Assembly: GCA_965277285.1 (NCBI GenBank)
Contig: OZ255721.1
Location: 352,001-416,000 of the forward strand
From: Abditibacteriaceae bacterium
GTDB taxonomy: Bacteria; Armatimonadota; Abditibacteriia; Abditibacteriales; Abditibacteriaceae
Direction: 5' to 3'
Length of the DNA stretch: 64,000 nucleotides
The stretch's first letter is position 1; every line of letters begins with the position of its first letter. The notes below the pieces were generated by a model. The model saw only the letters and a program-made list of their open reading frames with translations. It was not told the origin of the DNA and did not search any database. The position numbers and the translations under genes are program-made. Positions 9,051 through 18,475 of the stretch are shown in pieces.

Positions 9051-10889
9051 TCAAGGCGTGTCGCGTGTCGCGGACAAGTCATACAATTCGTCCTGATTCC
9101 ACAAAGCGCCGCCCGGACAAGGTTTCAAATTGCCGAACTTGTTGCGAACCGCGACAATCGAATCGGGAACGACGGTATAAATGAGCGGCAATTGCGTGGA
9201 CGCGATAACTTGCCAGCGGTCGTAAATCGCCTTGCGCTTTTTCGGATCGAGTTCCTGCGCGCCCTGTCGAAATAAGTCGTCCACTTCGGCTTCCCACGGC
9301 GTGGCGGGCGTTTTCTGGTTCGGATTCCATTGATGCATCAGGCTGCTGCTATACCAGATATTGGCGCTGTCGTTTGGCTCACTTCCACCGCCGGTGAAAC
9401 CCAGGACGACAGCTTCCCAATCGTAGGGAGGAGAATCCAGGCTGGAGATTAAGCGATTGAAATCGACAGGTGTAAAAATCGCGTTTAGACCAACATTTTT
9501 TAGGTCTTTGGTGATGACTGTACACATGTCCTTGCGTTGTTGGTTCTGAACACCAGTGATGATGTTGAACTGGATTTCGTGGCCTTCAAATTCACGGTAG
9601 CCATTGCCGTCGTTATCTTTGGCTCCAATCGAATCGAGCAACGCTTGGGCTTTTTTCGGGTTGTAAGGATATTTTGGCGTGTTTGGATTGAAATCAATTT
9701 TGTCGGCAGGCGTGATGAAGGTATAAAGCGGCTGCGCCAGTCCCAGAAACTGGTTGATGCACATTAAATCGCGGTTGATGGCATAAGAAACGGCCTGACG
9801 AAACTTCGTTTGTTGAAACAGCTTGATTTTCCAGGGCGCGGTTTTTCCTGTTTTTGAGTTCGGATTGAGGTTAAACCCCAGATATTGAGTACTCGAACTC
9901 GGCCCCAGATCGTAGATCGTGTAGTTACCCGTTGGCTCACTGCGCTTGATAGATGGATAGTCCGTCGCTGTCACACCCAGCGCATCGCATTCGCCCGCTT
10001 TGAATTTCAGCGTATCCGTATTGGTATCGGGCACGATGAGCTGCACATACTTATCAAGATAAGGTAGTGCGCCACCCCATTTGTCTTTTTTCCAGTAGTG
10101 AGGGTTGCGTACATAGACAAGCCGCTGACTCGCCACATAGCTTTGCATAATCCACGGGCCGCTGGACACCAATTCCTTGGGAGCTGTGCTGACGCTCCAT
10201 GTCGAATTGAATTGTCCTGATTTCCAGGCCGCATAAAGTTTGTGGCGCGGTGCGACATTGATGCTCAACATGGAACGTGCGGGCGCATACGGAACGGGAA
10301 AACGGAATTGTACTGTGCGGTCATCAATTTTCTGATAGCCCGGAGGAACGCGCTTGTATTGACCGGTTTTTGGGTCTTTGACATCGACCAACATTGTTTC
10401 GCGGACTGTTCCCTGTGTTTTGGGATCGAAGATCATGTCCAGAGTAAAAATAATATCGTCCGCTGTGATCGGAACGCCATCGCTCCATGTCAGGTTTGGC
10501 TTGAGGCGAAACGTCCATACCAAACCATCTTTGCTGACGTTTGGTAAATCGCATAGACGACCTTCCCATTGCTGCGTATAAGTGTTCTGGCCGATGAGTG
10601 AATCATAAAGAAGACCGACCGCGCCGCCCGAACCAGCATCCGTTGCAGCCCACAGGTTGAAGGTTTTAGGGTCGCCCAAAGTGGTGTCGGTCATCACTCC
10701 GCCGTATTTGCCGCGCTTGGAAGGAGGCTCGGTTTTCTGTGGCACCACGCGATTCAAGCCGACGTAACGCAACGCCTCGCCGTGTTGACCAGGCTTAAGA
10801 AAACGGTCGCGCGTATCGATGCCGCACACCCAGGCGACAATCCACGCGACCACTAAAATGGGGAAAATCCAGCGTGAGAAAACTTTCAT
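9051..10889 (-). CDS. ABC transporter substrate-binding protein, family 5
   Basis: DPKTFN, WTFRLKPNLTWSDGVPITADD, RNPHYW, FRQAVSYAINR; heads the opp-like operon. Confidence 0.9.
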   Translation of the reverse strand: MKVFSRWIFPILVVAWIVAWVCGIDTRDRFLKPGQHGEALRYVGLNRVVPQKTEPPSKRGKYGGVMTDTTLGDPKTFNLWAATDAGSGGAVGLLYDSLIGQNTYTQQWEGRLCDLPNVSKDGLVWTFRLKPNLTWSDGVPITADDIIFTLDMIFDPKTQGTVRETMLVDVKDPKTGQYKRVPPGYQKIDDRTVQFRFPVPYAPARSMLSINVAPRHKLYAAWKSGQFNSTWSVSTAPKELVSSGPWIMQSYVASQRLVYVRNPHYWKKDKWGGALPYLDKYVQLIVPDTNTDTLKFKAGECDALGVTATDYPSIKRSEPTGNYTIYDLGPSSSTQYLGFNLNPNSKTGKTAPWKIKLFQQTKFRQAVSYAINRDLMCINQFLGLAQPLYTFITPADKIDFNPNTPKYPYNPKKAQALLDSIGAKDNDGNGYREFEGHEIQFNIITGVQNQQRKDMCTVITKDLKNVGLNAIFTPVDFNRLISSLDSPPYDWEAVVLGFTGGGSEPNDSANIWYSSSLMHQWNPNQKTPATPWEAEVDDLFRQGAQELDPKKRKAIYDRWQVIASTQLPLIYTVVPDSIVAVRNKFGNLKPCPGGALWNQDELYDLSATRDTP

Positions 10890-11058
10890 AAAGGAAGAGT
10901 CACGAGAAGAAACGACACCTTTAGTTTAACGAAGTTGGAACGCCTCGCGCTTGACGACCAGCTTTGGACGCGCGACTTCAATCCTGCTAATCTTGAAGCG
11001 TTTGCACTTCGCCAACTGTGCATTCGAGTACTCGCTCGCACTTTCCCACATTCACCTT

Positions 11059-12156
11059 ATGCTGCCTTTGCATTTTCAAAATATCACCAAGCGCTTCGAC
11101 CAAACGCTCGCCGTCAACGATTTGTCGCTCGATGTTCAAGCCGGAGAACTCTTCTTTCTGCTCGGCCCTTCGGGTTGCGGCAAAACGACGTGTTTGCGCA
11201 TGGTCGCCGGTTTTCTGACGCCTGACAGCGGCACCTTGAAATTTGGCGACAAAACGATGAACAACGTGCCGCCGCACAAGCGCAACACGGGCATGGTTTT
11301 CCAAAACTACGCTTTGTGGCCGCACATGACGGCAGCCGAAAACATCGCTTATGGTCTGCGCGTGCGCAAAACTCCCAAAGCCGAACGCGAACGTCGCGTA
11401 CTCGATGCTTTGAAAATGGTGCAATTGCAAGACAGAGCGCAGCATTATCCCAATCAACTTTCCGGCGGACAGCAGCAACGCGTGGCTTTGGCGCGCGCGC
11501 TCGTCATCAACCCCGACGTTTTGCTTTTGGATGAACCTTTGTCGAACTTGGATGCGCAACTGCGCCTGGAATTGCGCGGCGAAATCAAGCGCCTGCATTC
11601 TCAAACGCAAACCACCGCGCTTTATGTCACGCACGATCAGGACGAAGCGCTTTCCATCGCCGACCGCATTGGCGTCATGCGCAACGGACTTCTCATTCAA
11701 GTCGGCACGCCGCGCGAACTTTATCGCACGCCGCACTCGCGCTTTGTCGCGGCTTTTATCGGCGAAACCAACTTTCTGCCAGGAAAAGTCAAAGCCTCGG
11801 ACGGAAACAAAACAATTGTCGAAACTCCGGTCGGTGAAGTCGTGGCGACGAAGAACGCAATGTTGCAAACCAATCAAGATGTCTGGTGTTCAGTTCGCCC
11901 CGAATCGTGGCACATTGAAGGCGAATCGAGTACTCGAAATCAGAACAACACGTTCGCGGCACAAGTTCAAAGCGTGTCTTACGGCGGCGCGACCGAACAA
12001 TTGAGTTTGCGCTTAAGCGGCGGACGCGAAACTTCCGAAAACGAAGCCTGGCGCAACATCAAAGCCGCAGTTTTGAATCCTCTGCAAACGCGTCAAGCCA
12101 GCGAAAACGTGACATTAAGTTGCCGAATGGAAGATGTCGTTGTTTTAGCGGAGTGA
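11059..12156 (+). CDS. ABC transporter ATP-binding protein (PotA/FbpC-like, TOBE domain)
   Basis: GPSGCGKTT, VFQNYALWPHM, LSGGQQQRVALARAL, VTHDQDEA. Confidence 0.92.
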   Translation: MLPLHFQNITKRFDQTLAVNDLSLDVQAGELFFLLGPSGCGKTTCLRMVAGFLTPDSGTLKFGDKTMNNVPPHKRNTGMVFQNYALWPHMTAAENIAYGLRVRKTPKAERERRVLDALKMVQLQDRAQHYPNQLSGGQQQRVALARALVINPDVLLLDEPLSNLDAQLRLELRGEIKRLHSQTQTTALYVTHDQDEALSIADRIGVMRNGLLIQVGTPRELYRTPHSRFVAAFIGETNFLPGKVKASDGNKTIVETPVGEVVATKNAMLQTNQDVWCSVRPESWHIEGESSTRNQNNTFAAQVQSVSYGGATEQLSLRLSGGRETSENEAWRNIKAAVLNPLQTRQASENVTLSCRMEDVVVLAE

Positions 12157-12164
12157 TTGGGGCA

Positions 12165-12246
12165 AAACTCAGCGAACCCGAAGCGTCAGCGAGGGAGATG
12201 ATTGGTCGTAAATCTCCCTCGCTGACGCTTCGGGTTCGCTGAGTTT
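12165..12246. repeat. Hairpin repeat family A
   Basis: GCGAACCCGAAGCGTCAGCGAGG...CCTCGCTGACGCTTCGGGTTCGC. Confidence 0.9.
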
Positions 12247-12285
12247 CTCGTTTGGCCAAGTTCATGCGAGTAACAGCCTTCGATT

Positions 12286-12879
12286 ATGGGATTTTATTTT
12301 TCTCACTGGAGCAGCGCGGAAATTGGGCTTTCGCACGTCGCCGTTTATCTGCTCGATGCGATTACGCTCGCGTTTGTGCTGACGTGCGCTTACACCGATA
12401 CCAAAACTGGCAAAATCCTCAATAAGTTCACTTTTCCCGCCATGTTGATTGGTTTGGTTCTCAACTTCGCATTCGGCGGAACAACGGGTTTGGCGTGGTC
12501 GGCGATTGGATTGGGCGTTGGTCTGGCGATTCAGTGGGTGCCGTTTATGCTGGGTTTTGCTAAAGCGGGCGACGTGAAACTTTTGGCGGCGGTGGGCGCG
12601 CTCAAAGGCTGGGCGTTTTGCTCGTTCGGTTTTCTGTATGGCGCGGCGGCGTTCGGCTTTATTCTGGTGCCGTGGCTGGCCAAACGCGGCGAATTGGGCG
12701 GCGTAATGTCGACCATCAAAAATTATTTTGCCTTCGCCGTGGTGACGCAAAACGTGCCGGACGCGCCCGCGCCGACGACGACGCGCAAATATGTGCCGTG
12801 GGGTTTGGGTTTGGCGATTGGTTTCCTGATCGCGCTGGCGATGGAAATGCTGACAGGCCGCGCTTTGTGGCTGCGATGA
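12286..12879 (+). CDS. Prepilin peptidase, A24 family (CpaA/TadV-like)
   Basis: Multi-TM protein with AYTD...KILN, AGDVKLLAAVGA, YVPWGLGLAIG. Confidence 0.85.
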   Translation: MGFYFSHWSSAEIGLSHVAVYLLDAITLAFVLTCAYTDTKTGKILNKFTFPAMLIGLVLNFAFGGTTGLAWSAIGLGVGLAIQWVPFMLGFAKAGDVKLLAAVGALKGWAFCSFGFLYGAAAFGFILVPWLAKRGELGGVMSTIKNYFAFAVVTQNVPDAPAPTTTRKYVPWGLGLAIGFLIALAMEMLTGRALWLR

Positions 12880-12889
12880 GTTAAGGAAA

Positions 12890-13756
12890 ATGAACAGAAC
12901 GCGACGCCAGGCGATGGCGCAGGAAACATTGGAAATCGTTGAACGCGGCAATTACATCGCGCCCAGCGGAAAGTTGGTCGGTTTGGCGGATGATATTCGT
13001 AACGCCGTTAAAAACACGCGGCTTTTTCGTCCCGAAGATTGCGCAGCGTTGACCGCGCCAAGAACCACAATCGAGTACTCGACACAAGTCGAAGTAACCG
13101 GAGAAACGACGTTGCAAGTGGCGCAACGATTGTCTTTGTCACGCAAAGATTCGCGCACGTTGTGTCTCAATTTCGCGTCGGCGAAGAACCCGGGCGGCGG
13201 GTTTTTGTCGGGCGCACAGGCGCAGGAAGAATCGCTGGCACGCTCTTCGGCGTTGTATGCCAGTCAATTGTCGCAGCCGGAAATGTACGAGTTTCATCGC
13301 CGATTGGGAACGTGCTTGTATTCCGATCACATGATTTTGTCGCCCGATGTTCCGGTTTTTCGAGACGACAGCGGCGCGCTTCTGGAAATGCCTTTCCTGA
13401 CTTCGTTCGTGACTTCTCCAGCGGTCAATGCGGGTGCGGTTCATCAGAACGAGCCGCACAACGTTTCCAAAATTGAGCCGACGATGCGCGAGCGTTTGCG
13501 CAGGATTTTGCTGCTGGCGCGCGGTTTCGAGTACTCGAATCTGGTTTTGGGCGCGTGGGGTTGCGGCGTTTTTCGCAATGAACCGCAATTTGTGGCGCGC
13601 TTGATGAACGAAATGTTGAACCCAAATGGCGAATTCGGTCGCAGTTTCAAGCGCGTGGTTTATGCGGTTTACGACACGACACCGGATGGGAAAGTGCTGG
13701 GCGCATTTGAGCGGGAACTTAAAAGACAACGCGAGAAAAGCGACGCGGCTTCATAA
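12890..13756 (+). CDS. TIGR02452/DUF2263 family protein (bacterial PARG-type macrodomain)
   Basis: LNFASAKNPGGGFLSGAQAQEESLAR, LVLGAWGCGVF. Confidence 0.92.
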   Translation: MNRTRRQAMAQETLEIVERGNYIAPSGKLVGLADDIRNAVKNTRLFRPEDCAALTAPRTTIEYSTQVEVTGETTLQVAQRLSLSRKDSRTLCLNFASAKNPGGGFLSGAQAQEESLARSSALYASQLSQPEMYEFHRRLGTCLYSDHMILSPDVPVFRDDSGALLEMPFLTSFVTSPAVNAGAVHQNEPHNVSKIEPTMRERLRRILLLARGFEYSNLVLGAWGCGVFRNEPQFVARLMNEMLNPNGEFGRSFKRVVYAVYDTTPDGKVLGAFERELKRQREKSDAAS

Positions 13757-13771
13757 AGAGGGAAGATTTTC

Positions 13772-14746
13772 ATGCTGACTTTACGAAGAGTTGTCTCGTT
13801 TGTAGCGTGATTCACTTTATGCCAATGCTTTCTTTCGGGATGTAACAGGCAAAATGGCGCCAGTGGAACTGCTGCGAATCCTGTTCAGATTGCAGGCGCC
13901 AAGTTCCTCCAAGTTGATGTCAGAATCGAGGACTTTTATCCGCCTGATTACGACAGTGCGATCATTGAGGCGTCAAAGATACCAGGTGGGAAAATCCCCG
14001 CGCCTTCTTCTCCAAGCTATGCCGTGAAAGGGCGGAAGTATTTTGCGGTTGTGACCGAAAAGGGACAAAGACTTCAATCCACCCAGGACAGCGTGTGGAT
14101 TTTTGATGAACATTGGAAAGCTGCGGGGCAAGTCGTTGGAATGCCGTCCCATGCCGAGCAAACCAGCATCAGTGCTTTGTGGAACAAGACGGGCGATATG
14201 CTGGCGGTTGCGGTGGATTGCCGTATTCAGGGAACAGATCATATTGAGATTGGCATTGTCAACCTGACGACGCGCCATTTTGAACGATTGCTGTCTTTCA
14301 AAATGTCTGATGGCCCGTCGGTTGTTTGGGCCGGCAATCAACTTTTTACATCTTCGCTTATATTTGATAGCAGAAATCGCGCGTCTTGGACGGCCATCGT
14401 CAAGATTGACCCTGCGAAAAAGCAGGTGAGCGAAATGTATCGAGAAAAAATGGGTTCCGATTCGGACATCTGGATTCAAACCTTATTACCCTCGCCAAAC
14501 GGAAAGTTGATCGCCTTCGATAGAAAAACACCCTGGGCAACCGAAGGCGCGGGAATTGATGTGCTCGACATTAAGGCGCGAACTGTAACTCGACTGACTT
14601 CGGAACCTCGCACCAATTACTCTCATTGTCTGGGACGGTGGAAAGATGATCAGATTTTGCTGTTCTTGCGCCACAACGTTCCCGTTTCGAGATGGGCTTT
14701 ATATGAAGTAATTCTGCGTTCAAATCGGAAATCAAAGACCAGATAA
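13772..14746 (+). pseudogene. Putative beta-propeller/TolB-like lipoprotein interrupted by one in-frame TGA (13808-13810)
   Basis: ATG 13772 has an AGAGGGA RBS; frame reads MLTLRRVVSFVA*FTLCQCFLSGC... and runs into the 14024-14746 ORF (PSPNGKLIAF). Confidence 0.65.
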
Positions 14747-14800
14747 CTCAGACGTATCTGAACGGAACATTGCAAATCGAGTACTCGATAAGTCGAAAGT

Positions 14801-15625
14801 TCACAACAGCGCGGGCGATTGCAGCACGGTTTTGCTTTCGGGTTGAATCAAAATCGCGTAAGGCTGGCGCAGTTCGTTGGTGTTCACAAGTCCCATTTTC
14901 TCCCAGACGCCCAACTTTAGTTCGCTGACTTCGCCGCCGACGGACGCGAGTTCGCCTGCCAGAACATTGATTATATCGTTGCTTTGGCTTTGTAAGCCGA
15001 CGAATTTATGGCCGACGCTGAGGGCGCTGAAACTGGTCGGGCGATGAAGCAGAAACTCGGTCATTTTCGCGGCGCTGACGAAAGGCGATTGCAGCGGAAT
15101 TGCGGCTTCCTGGCGGACGGCGATTTGAGTTGTGGGTGTGCCGTTGTCGGGATGAATATCGGCGATGAGCGGCGCGTAAGTTTCGCCGGTTGTGCCGCGC
15201 ATCACGACGTTGAAGTGAGCGAAAGCAGATTCTCCGGCGAGCGCGTGACGCAGAACCCAGGCGGCGCGCGTTCCCAGAAACGATTTTATGACCAGGTTTC
15301 CTGTTTCGCGCGCCTGGCCTTCGGCTCTTTCACGGCGCACCAGGACCGCGAAATCCAAGCTCCAGAAACTAAGGTTGGGTAGCGGCAGCGGCGTGTAATG
15401 AAAATCGTCGTTGAAGCGCAGCATGGTCATCAGAAAGGCGCAAGTTTCGCCGTTGACGGGCAGAGTGTCGAGCGTGATTGAAGGCGGCAAAGCGGGCAGG
15501 CGTTCGAGTACTCGAAGTGCGGGAACGGCGTGCGCGATGAAAACGTTATGGCGTCGCGCGACGGAAACGGTTTTGAGGTTGGTTGGAATCTGATCGCTCA
15601 GCGATGCGGCGGAAGGAATTGTCAT
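14801..15625 (-). CDS. Hypothetical protein, possibly DUF2071/YqjF-like
   Basis: Start assigned to ATG 15625 behind CGAGG; weak resemblance only (VFIAHAVP...LDT...FW). Confidence 0.55.
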   Translation of the reverse strand: MTIPSAASLSDQIPTNLKTVSVARRHNVFIAHAVPALRVLERLPALPPSITLDTLPVNGETCAFLMTMLRFNDDFHYTPLPLPNLSFWSLDFAVLVRRERAEGQARETGNLVIKSFLGTRAAWVLRHALAGESAFAHFNVVMRGTTGETYAPLIADIHPDNGTPTTQIAVRQEAAIPLQSPFVSAAKMTEFLLHRPTSFSALSVGHKFVGLQSQSNDIINVLAGELASVGGEVSELKLGVWEKMGLVNTNELRQPYAILIQPESKTVLQSPALL

Positions 15626-15980
15626 AAAGCCTCGAAATGTGGAAAGAAAAGCTGGAAAATCTGTCTTGCAATATGGCAAAACAGCATTGAAGTTGCACGA
15701 ATGTATCGCAGGAACGTTGTAGAAACAGAGAAGAACCTTGCAGAAATTGTCACACCGAAACAGGTATAATAATAGTTTATCCGCGTCACGGTTTTTGGAG
15801 CGATAGTTTCTGGTTGTGCTCTTGTTACACTGAAGACGCGAACCGGGCGCGGAGCCGGAACGCACCACACCAATCGAGGCGTCTTGTCAGAAGACATTTT
15901 GACAACGCCGAGTGGCACGACTCAGGCGATGACGACGCTGGGCGCGAATTTCTTTTCATTTATTAAGAGGGTGACCTTGC

Positions 15981-16715
15981 ATGGGCTTGTTTCGACGTTC
16001 CCCCGAATCTTCATCCGACGCTGATGCTCCTGAAAATGCTGAGGCATCGCATACGGCGTTGAATCCGGCATCGACTTCGGCAGCACTCGATGCCGCGGTT
16101 GCCGAAGCGGTCGCGTCTTCGGCGCCGAGCGAAGCCGAATTGCAGGAGTTGCGCGAAACTGTATCGGAAATCCATCGCGTGCTGAGCGATTTCGCCGAGC
16201 GCGGTTCAGCGCAGGAAAAAGTTTTCGACACGCTGCACTCGGAATTGCAGGATTATAAAAACGATTTTATCTACGAACATCTCAAGCCTGTTTTATGGCC
16301 TTTGTTGTTCTTGTTCGATTCGCTGGAGCAATATGCGCGTGAAATTGTGGCGCGCGCTGCGTCGACTGGCGGCCATCAAGTCGATGCCAAAGAAGTGCTC
16401 GATCACTTGAAATTCTTTCGCGGACAGTTGGTCGAATCATTGCGCATTTGCGAAGTGACGCCGATGAAGCAGCCAACAGGTTTTATCGACCCCAAATGTC
16501 ACAAGGGAATTGGCGTTGAGCCGGTGCAGGAAGCGACGGACGATAACACGATTCGGCGCGTCGTGCGCACGGGCTGGTTTCTTAACGGCAAGGTCTTGCG
16601 CCACGCCGAAGTTATCGTTGGCAAATATAGCGGCACAAATGGGCGCGAAACCGCTCCACGTCCCGGATCTAAGCCGATTCCTACGACAGTTGCGGCGGGC
16701 GCAGAAACAAAATAG
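15981..16715 (+). CDS. GrpE-like nucleotide exchange factor
   Basis: Coiled-coil N-terminal part; IDPKCHKGI..E, VVRTGWFLNGKVLRHAEVIV; adjacent to an Hsp70 gene. Confidence 0.85.
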   Translation: MGLFRRSPESSSDADAPENAEASHTALNPASTSAALDAAVAEAVASSAPSEAELQELRETVSEIHRVLSDFAERGSAQEKVFDTLHSELQDYKNDFIYEHLKPVLWPLLFLFDSLEQYAREIVARAASTGGHQVDAKEVLDHLKFFRGQLVESLRICEVTPMKQPTGFIDPKCHKGIGVEPVQEATDDNTIRRVVRTGWFLNGKVLRHAEVIVGKYSGTNGRETAPRPGSKPIPTTVAAGAETK

Positions 16716-16876
16716 TCGGACACGAAAGTTGTTTTGCGCGTATCGAGTACTCGATATTCGTGCAACATGATAAATGCAGCATTGTTATTTGAGTGAGTCG
16801 GGTTTGTGAAGTTGATTTCGGTGTTGATTTTCGGAATTGAATTTAAGTCGATTCCGAATCTTGATTGGAGATTGCT

Positions 16877-18418
16877 ATGTCATTGGGTCGCGCGGTCGGC
16901 ATCGACTTGGGAACAACGTATTCGGCGGTTGCTCACGTGGACGAATATGGCAAGCCCATTATTTTAAAGAACTCGGATGGACAAACGACGACGCCGTCAG
17001 TCGTGTTTTTCGATCCGCCGAACTTTGTCGTCGGCGAAACGGCGATTCAGAGCACCATCACCGACTCGGATCGCGTGGTGCAGTTCGTCAAGCGTTTCAT
17101 GGGGCAACCCGGCTATCGCGTTCACATTGGCGATCACGATTACTCGCCGCAGTTCGTCTCGGCGCTGATTCTGCGCAAAATCGTGCAAGACGCGCAGGTC
17201 GAAATGGGCGGCGAAGAAATTACCAAAGCGGTGATTACGGTTCCCGCGTATTTTACGGAAAACCAGCGCCATGCCACGCTCGAAGCCGGACAAATGGCGG
17301 GCTTGCAAGTGCTGCGCATCATCAACGAACCGACGGCTGCCGCTTTGTCTTATGGCATGACGCGGCGCGGTCGCAAGCGCAACTGCCTGGTTTATGACCT
17401 GGGCGGTGGCACTTTCGACGTGACGATCCTGGCGATTGACGATGACGAACTGAACGTGCTGTCGATTGGCGGCGACCACCATTTGGGCGGCAAAGATTTC
17501 GACGACCGCATCATGAACTATGTCGAGGAACAAGTGAAAGCCAAGCACGGCATCGACATCAGCAACGACCGCGAAATCGAAGCCGAGTTGCGCTTGAAAG
17601 CCGAAGCCGCCAAGCGCCAGTTGACGGGACGCCAGAGCGTTCCCATCGCCTTGAAAGTGCGTCGTTTGGATGCCGAAGGCAACGATACAGGCGTCTCGGT
17701 TCCGGCGAAAATTGAACTGACGCGCGAAATCTTCAACGAAATCACCGGAGATTTGCTGGGACGCACAGAAATGCTGTTGGAAGCGGTTTTCGCCAAAGCC
17801 GATCTCGATTGGGATCAAATCGACGATGTGTTGTGCGTCGGCGGAAGTTCGCGGATGCCGATGGTTTCAGAAATGCTGGAGCGCGTTTCGGGCAAGAAAT
17901 CGCTGTTGCATGATCCCGACGAATGCGTGGCCAAGGGCGCGGCGTTGCAAGCCGCCTTATTGTCGAAAGATGTCAATGTGCCGCAAGTTTCGGTCGGCCA
18001 CGTTTTGTCGCACTCGCTGGGCGTCGCTGTGATGAAAGGCGGACAGGCGATTATCGACCACGTTGTGCCCAGCCTGACGCGTCTTCCTGTGATGCAAACG
18101 CGCGAAGGTTACACGACAACGGTGGACAATCAGACGACGGTGCAGATTCGCGTTTATGAAGGCGAAAGTACCGATTTGCAAAGTTATGGCAAAGGGCCAA
18201 TCGGCGTGTTTGATTTGGATACGAATCCTCCACGTCCTAAAGGTCAGCCGAAAATCAGCGTATCGTTCCATTGTGATGAAAACGGGCGCATCATGGCTGT
18301 GGCGCGCGACAAAGACACTGGCGAAGAAAGCCGTACTGTCATCGCGCTGCAAAGTTCGCGTTCGAGCGATGAGAGCGTCGAAGAAGCCAAAATGCTGGCT
18401 GAAGCGACCGTGTCGTAA
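16877..18418 (+). CDS. Hsp70 family protein (DnaK paralog lacking the C-terminal lid)
   Basis: GIDLGTTYS, TVPAYF, IINEPTAAA, VYDLGGGTFD, VGGSSRMP, DECVAKGAA; GGAG RBS. Confidence 0.93.
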   Translation: MSLGRAVGIDLGTTYSAVAHVDEYGKPIILKNSDGQTTTPSVVFFDPPNFVVGETAIQSTITDSDRVVQFVKRFMGQPGYRVHIGDHDYSPQFVSALILRKIVQDAQVEMGGEEITKAVITVPAYFTENQRHATLEAGQMAGLQVLRIINEPTAAALSYGMTRRGRKRNCLVYDLGGGTFDVTILAIDDDELNVLSIGGDHHLGGKDFDDRIMNYVEEQVKAKHGIDISNDREIEAELRLKAEAAKRQLTGRQSVPIALKVRRLDAEGNDTGVSVPAKIELTREIFNEITGDLLGRTEMLLEAVFAKADLDWDQIDDVLCVGGSSRMPMVSEMLERVSGKKSLLHDPDECVAKGAALQAALLSKDVNVPQVSVGHVLSHSLGVAVMKGGQAIIDHVVPSLTRLPVMQTREGYTTTVDNQTTVQIRVYEGESTDLQSYGKGPIGVFDLDTNPPRPKGQPKISVSFHCDENGRIMAVARDKDTGEESRTVIALQSSRSSDESVEEAKMLAEATVS

Positions 18419-18437
18419 AGTTGTTCTGGAGTTACCT

Positions 18438-18465
18438 GTAGGGGCGCATCTCAATGCGCCCCTAC
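18438..18465. repeat. GTAG-type REP-like hairpin / terminator
   Basis: GTAGGGGCGCAT-CTCA-ATGCGCCCCTAC followed by T-run. Confidence 0.75.
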
Positions 18466-18475
18466 TTTTTCGTTT

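Noticed and set aside
12286..12879. Prepilin peptidase as evidence that the 12-mer is a DNA-uptake signal
   Set aside because: It is a short CpaA/TadV-type enzyme with no competence genes nearby, so it gives no real support
13808..13810. TGA reassignment or selenocysteine
   Set aside because: TGA terminates several clear genes in the window; the position is in a signal peptide, not a redox motif
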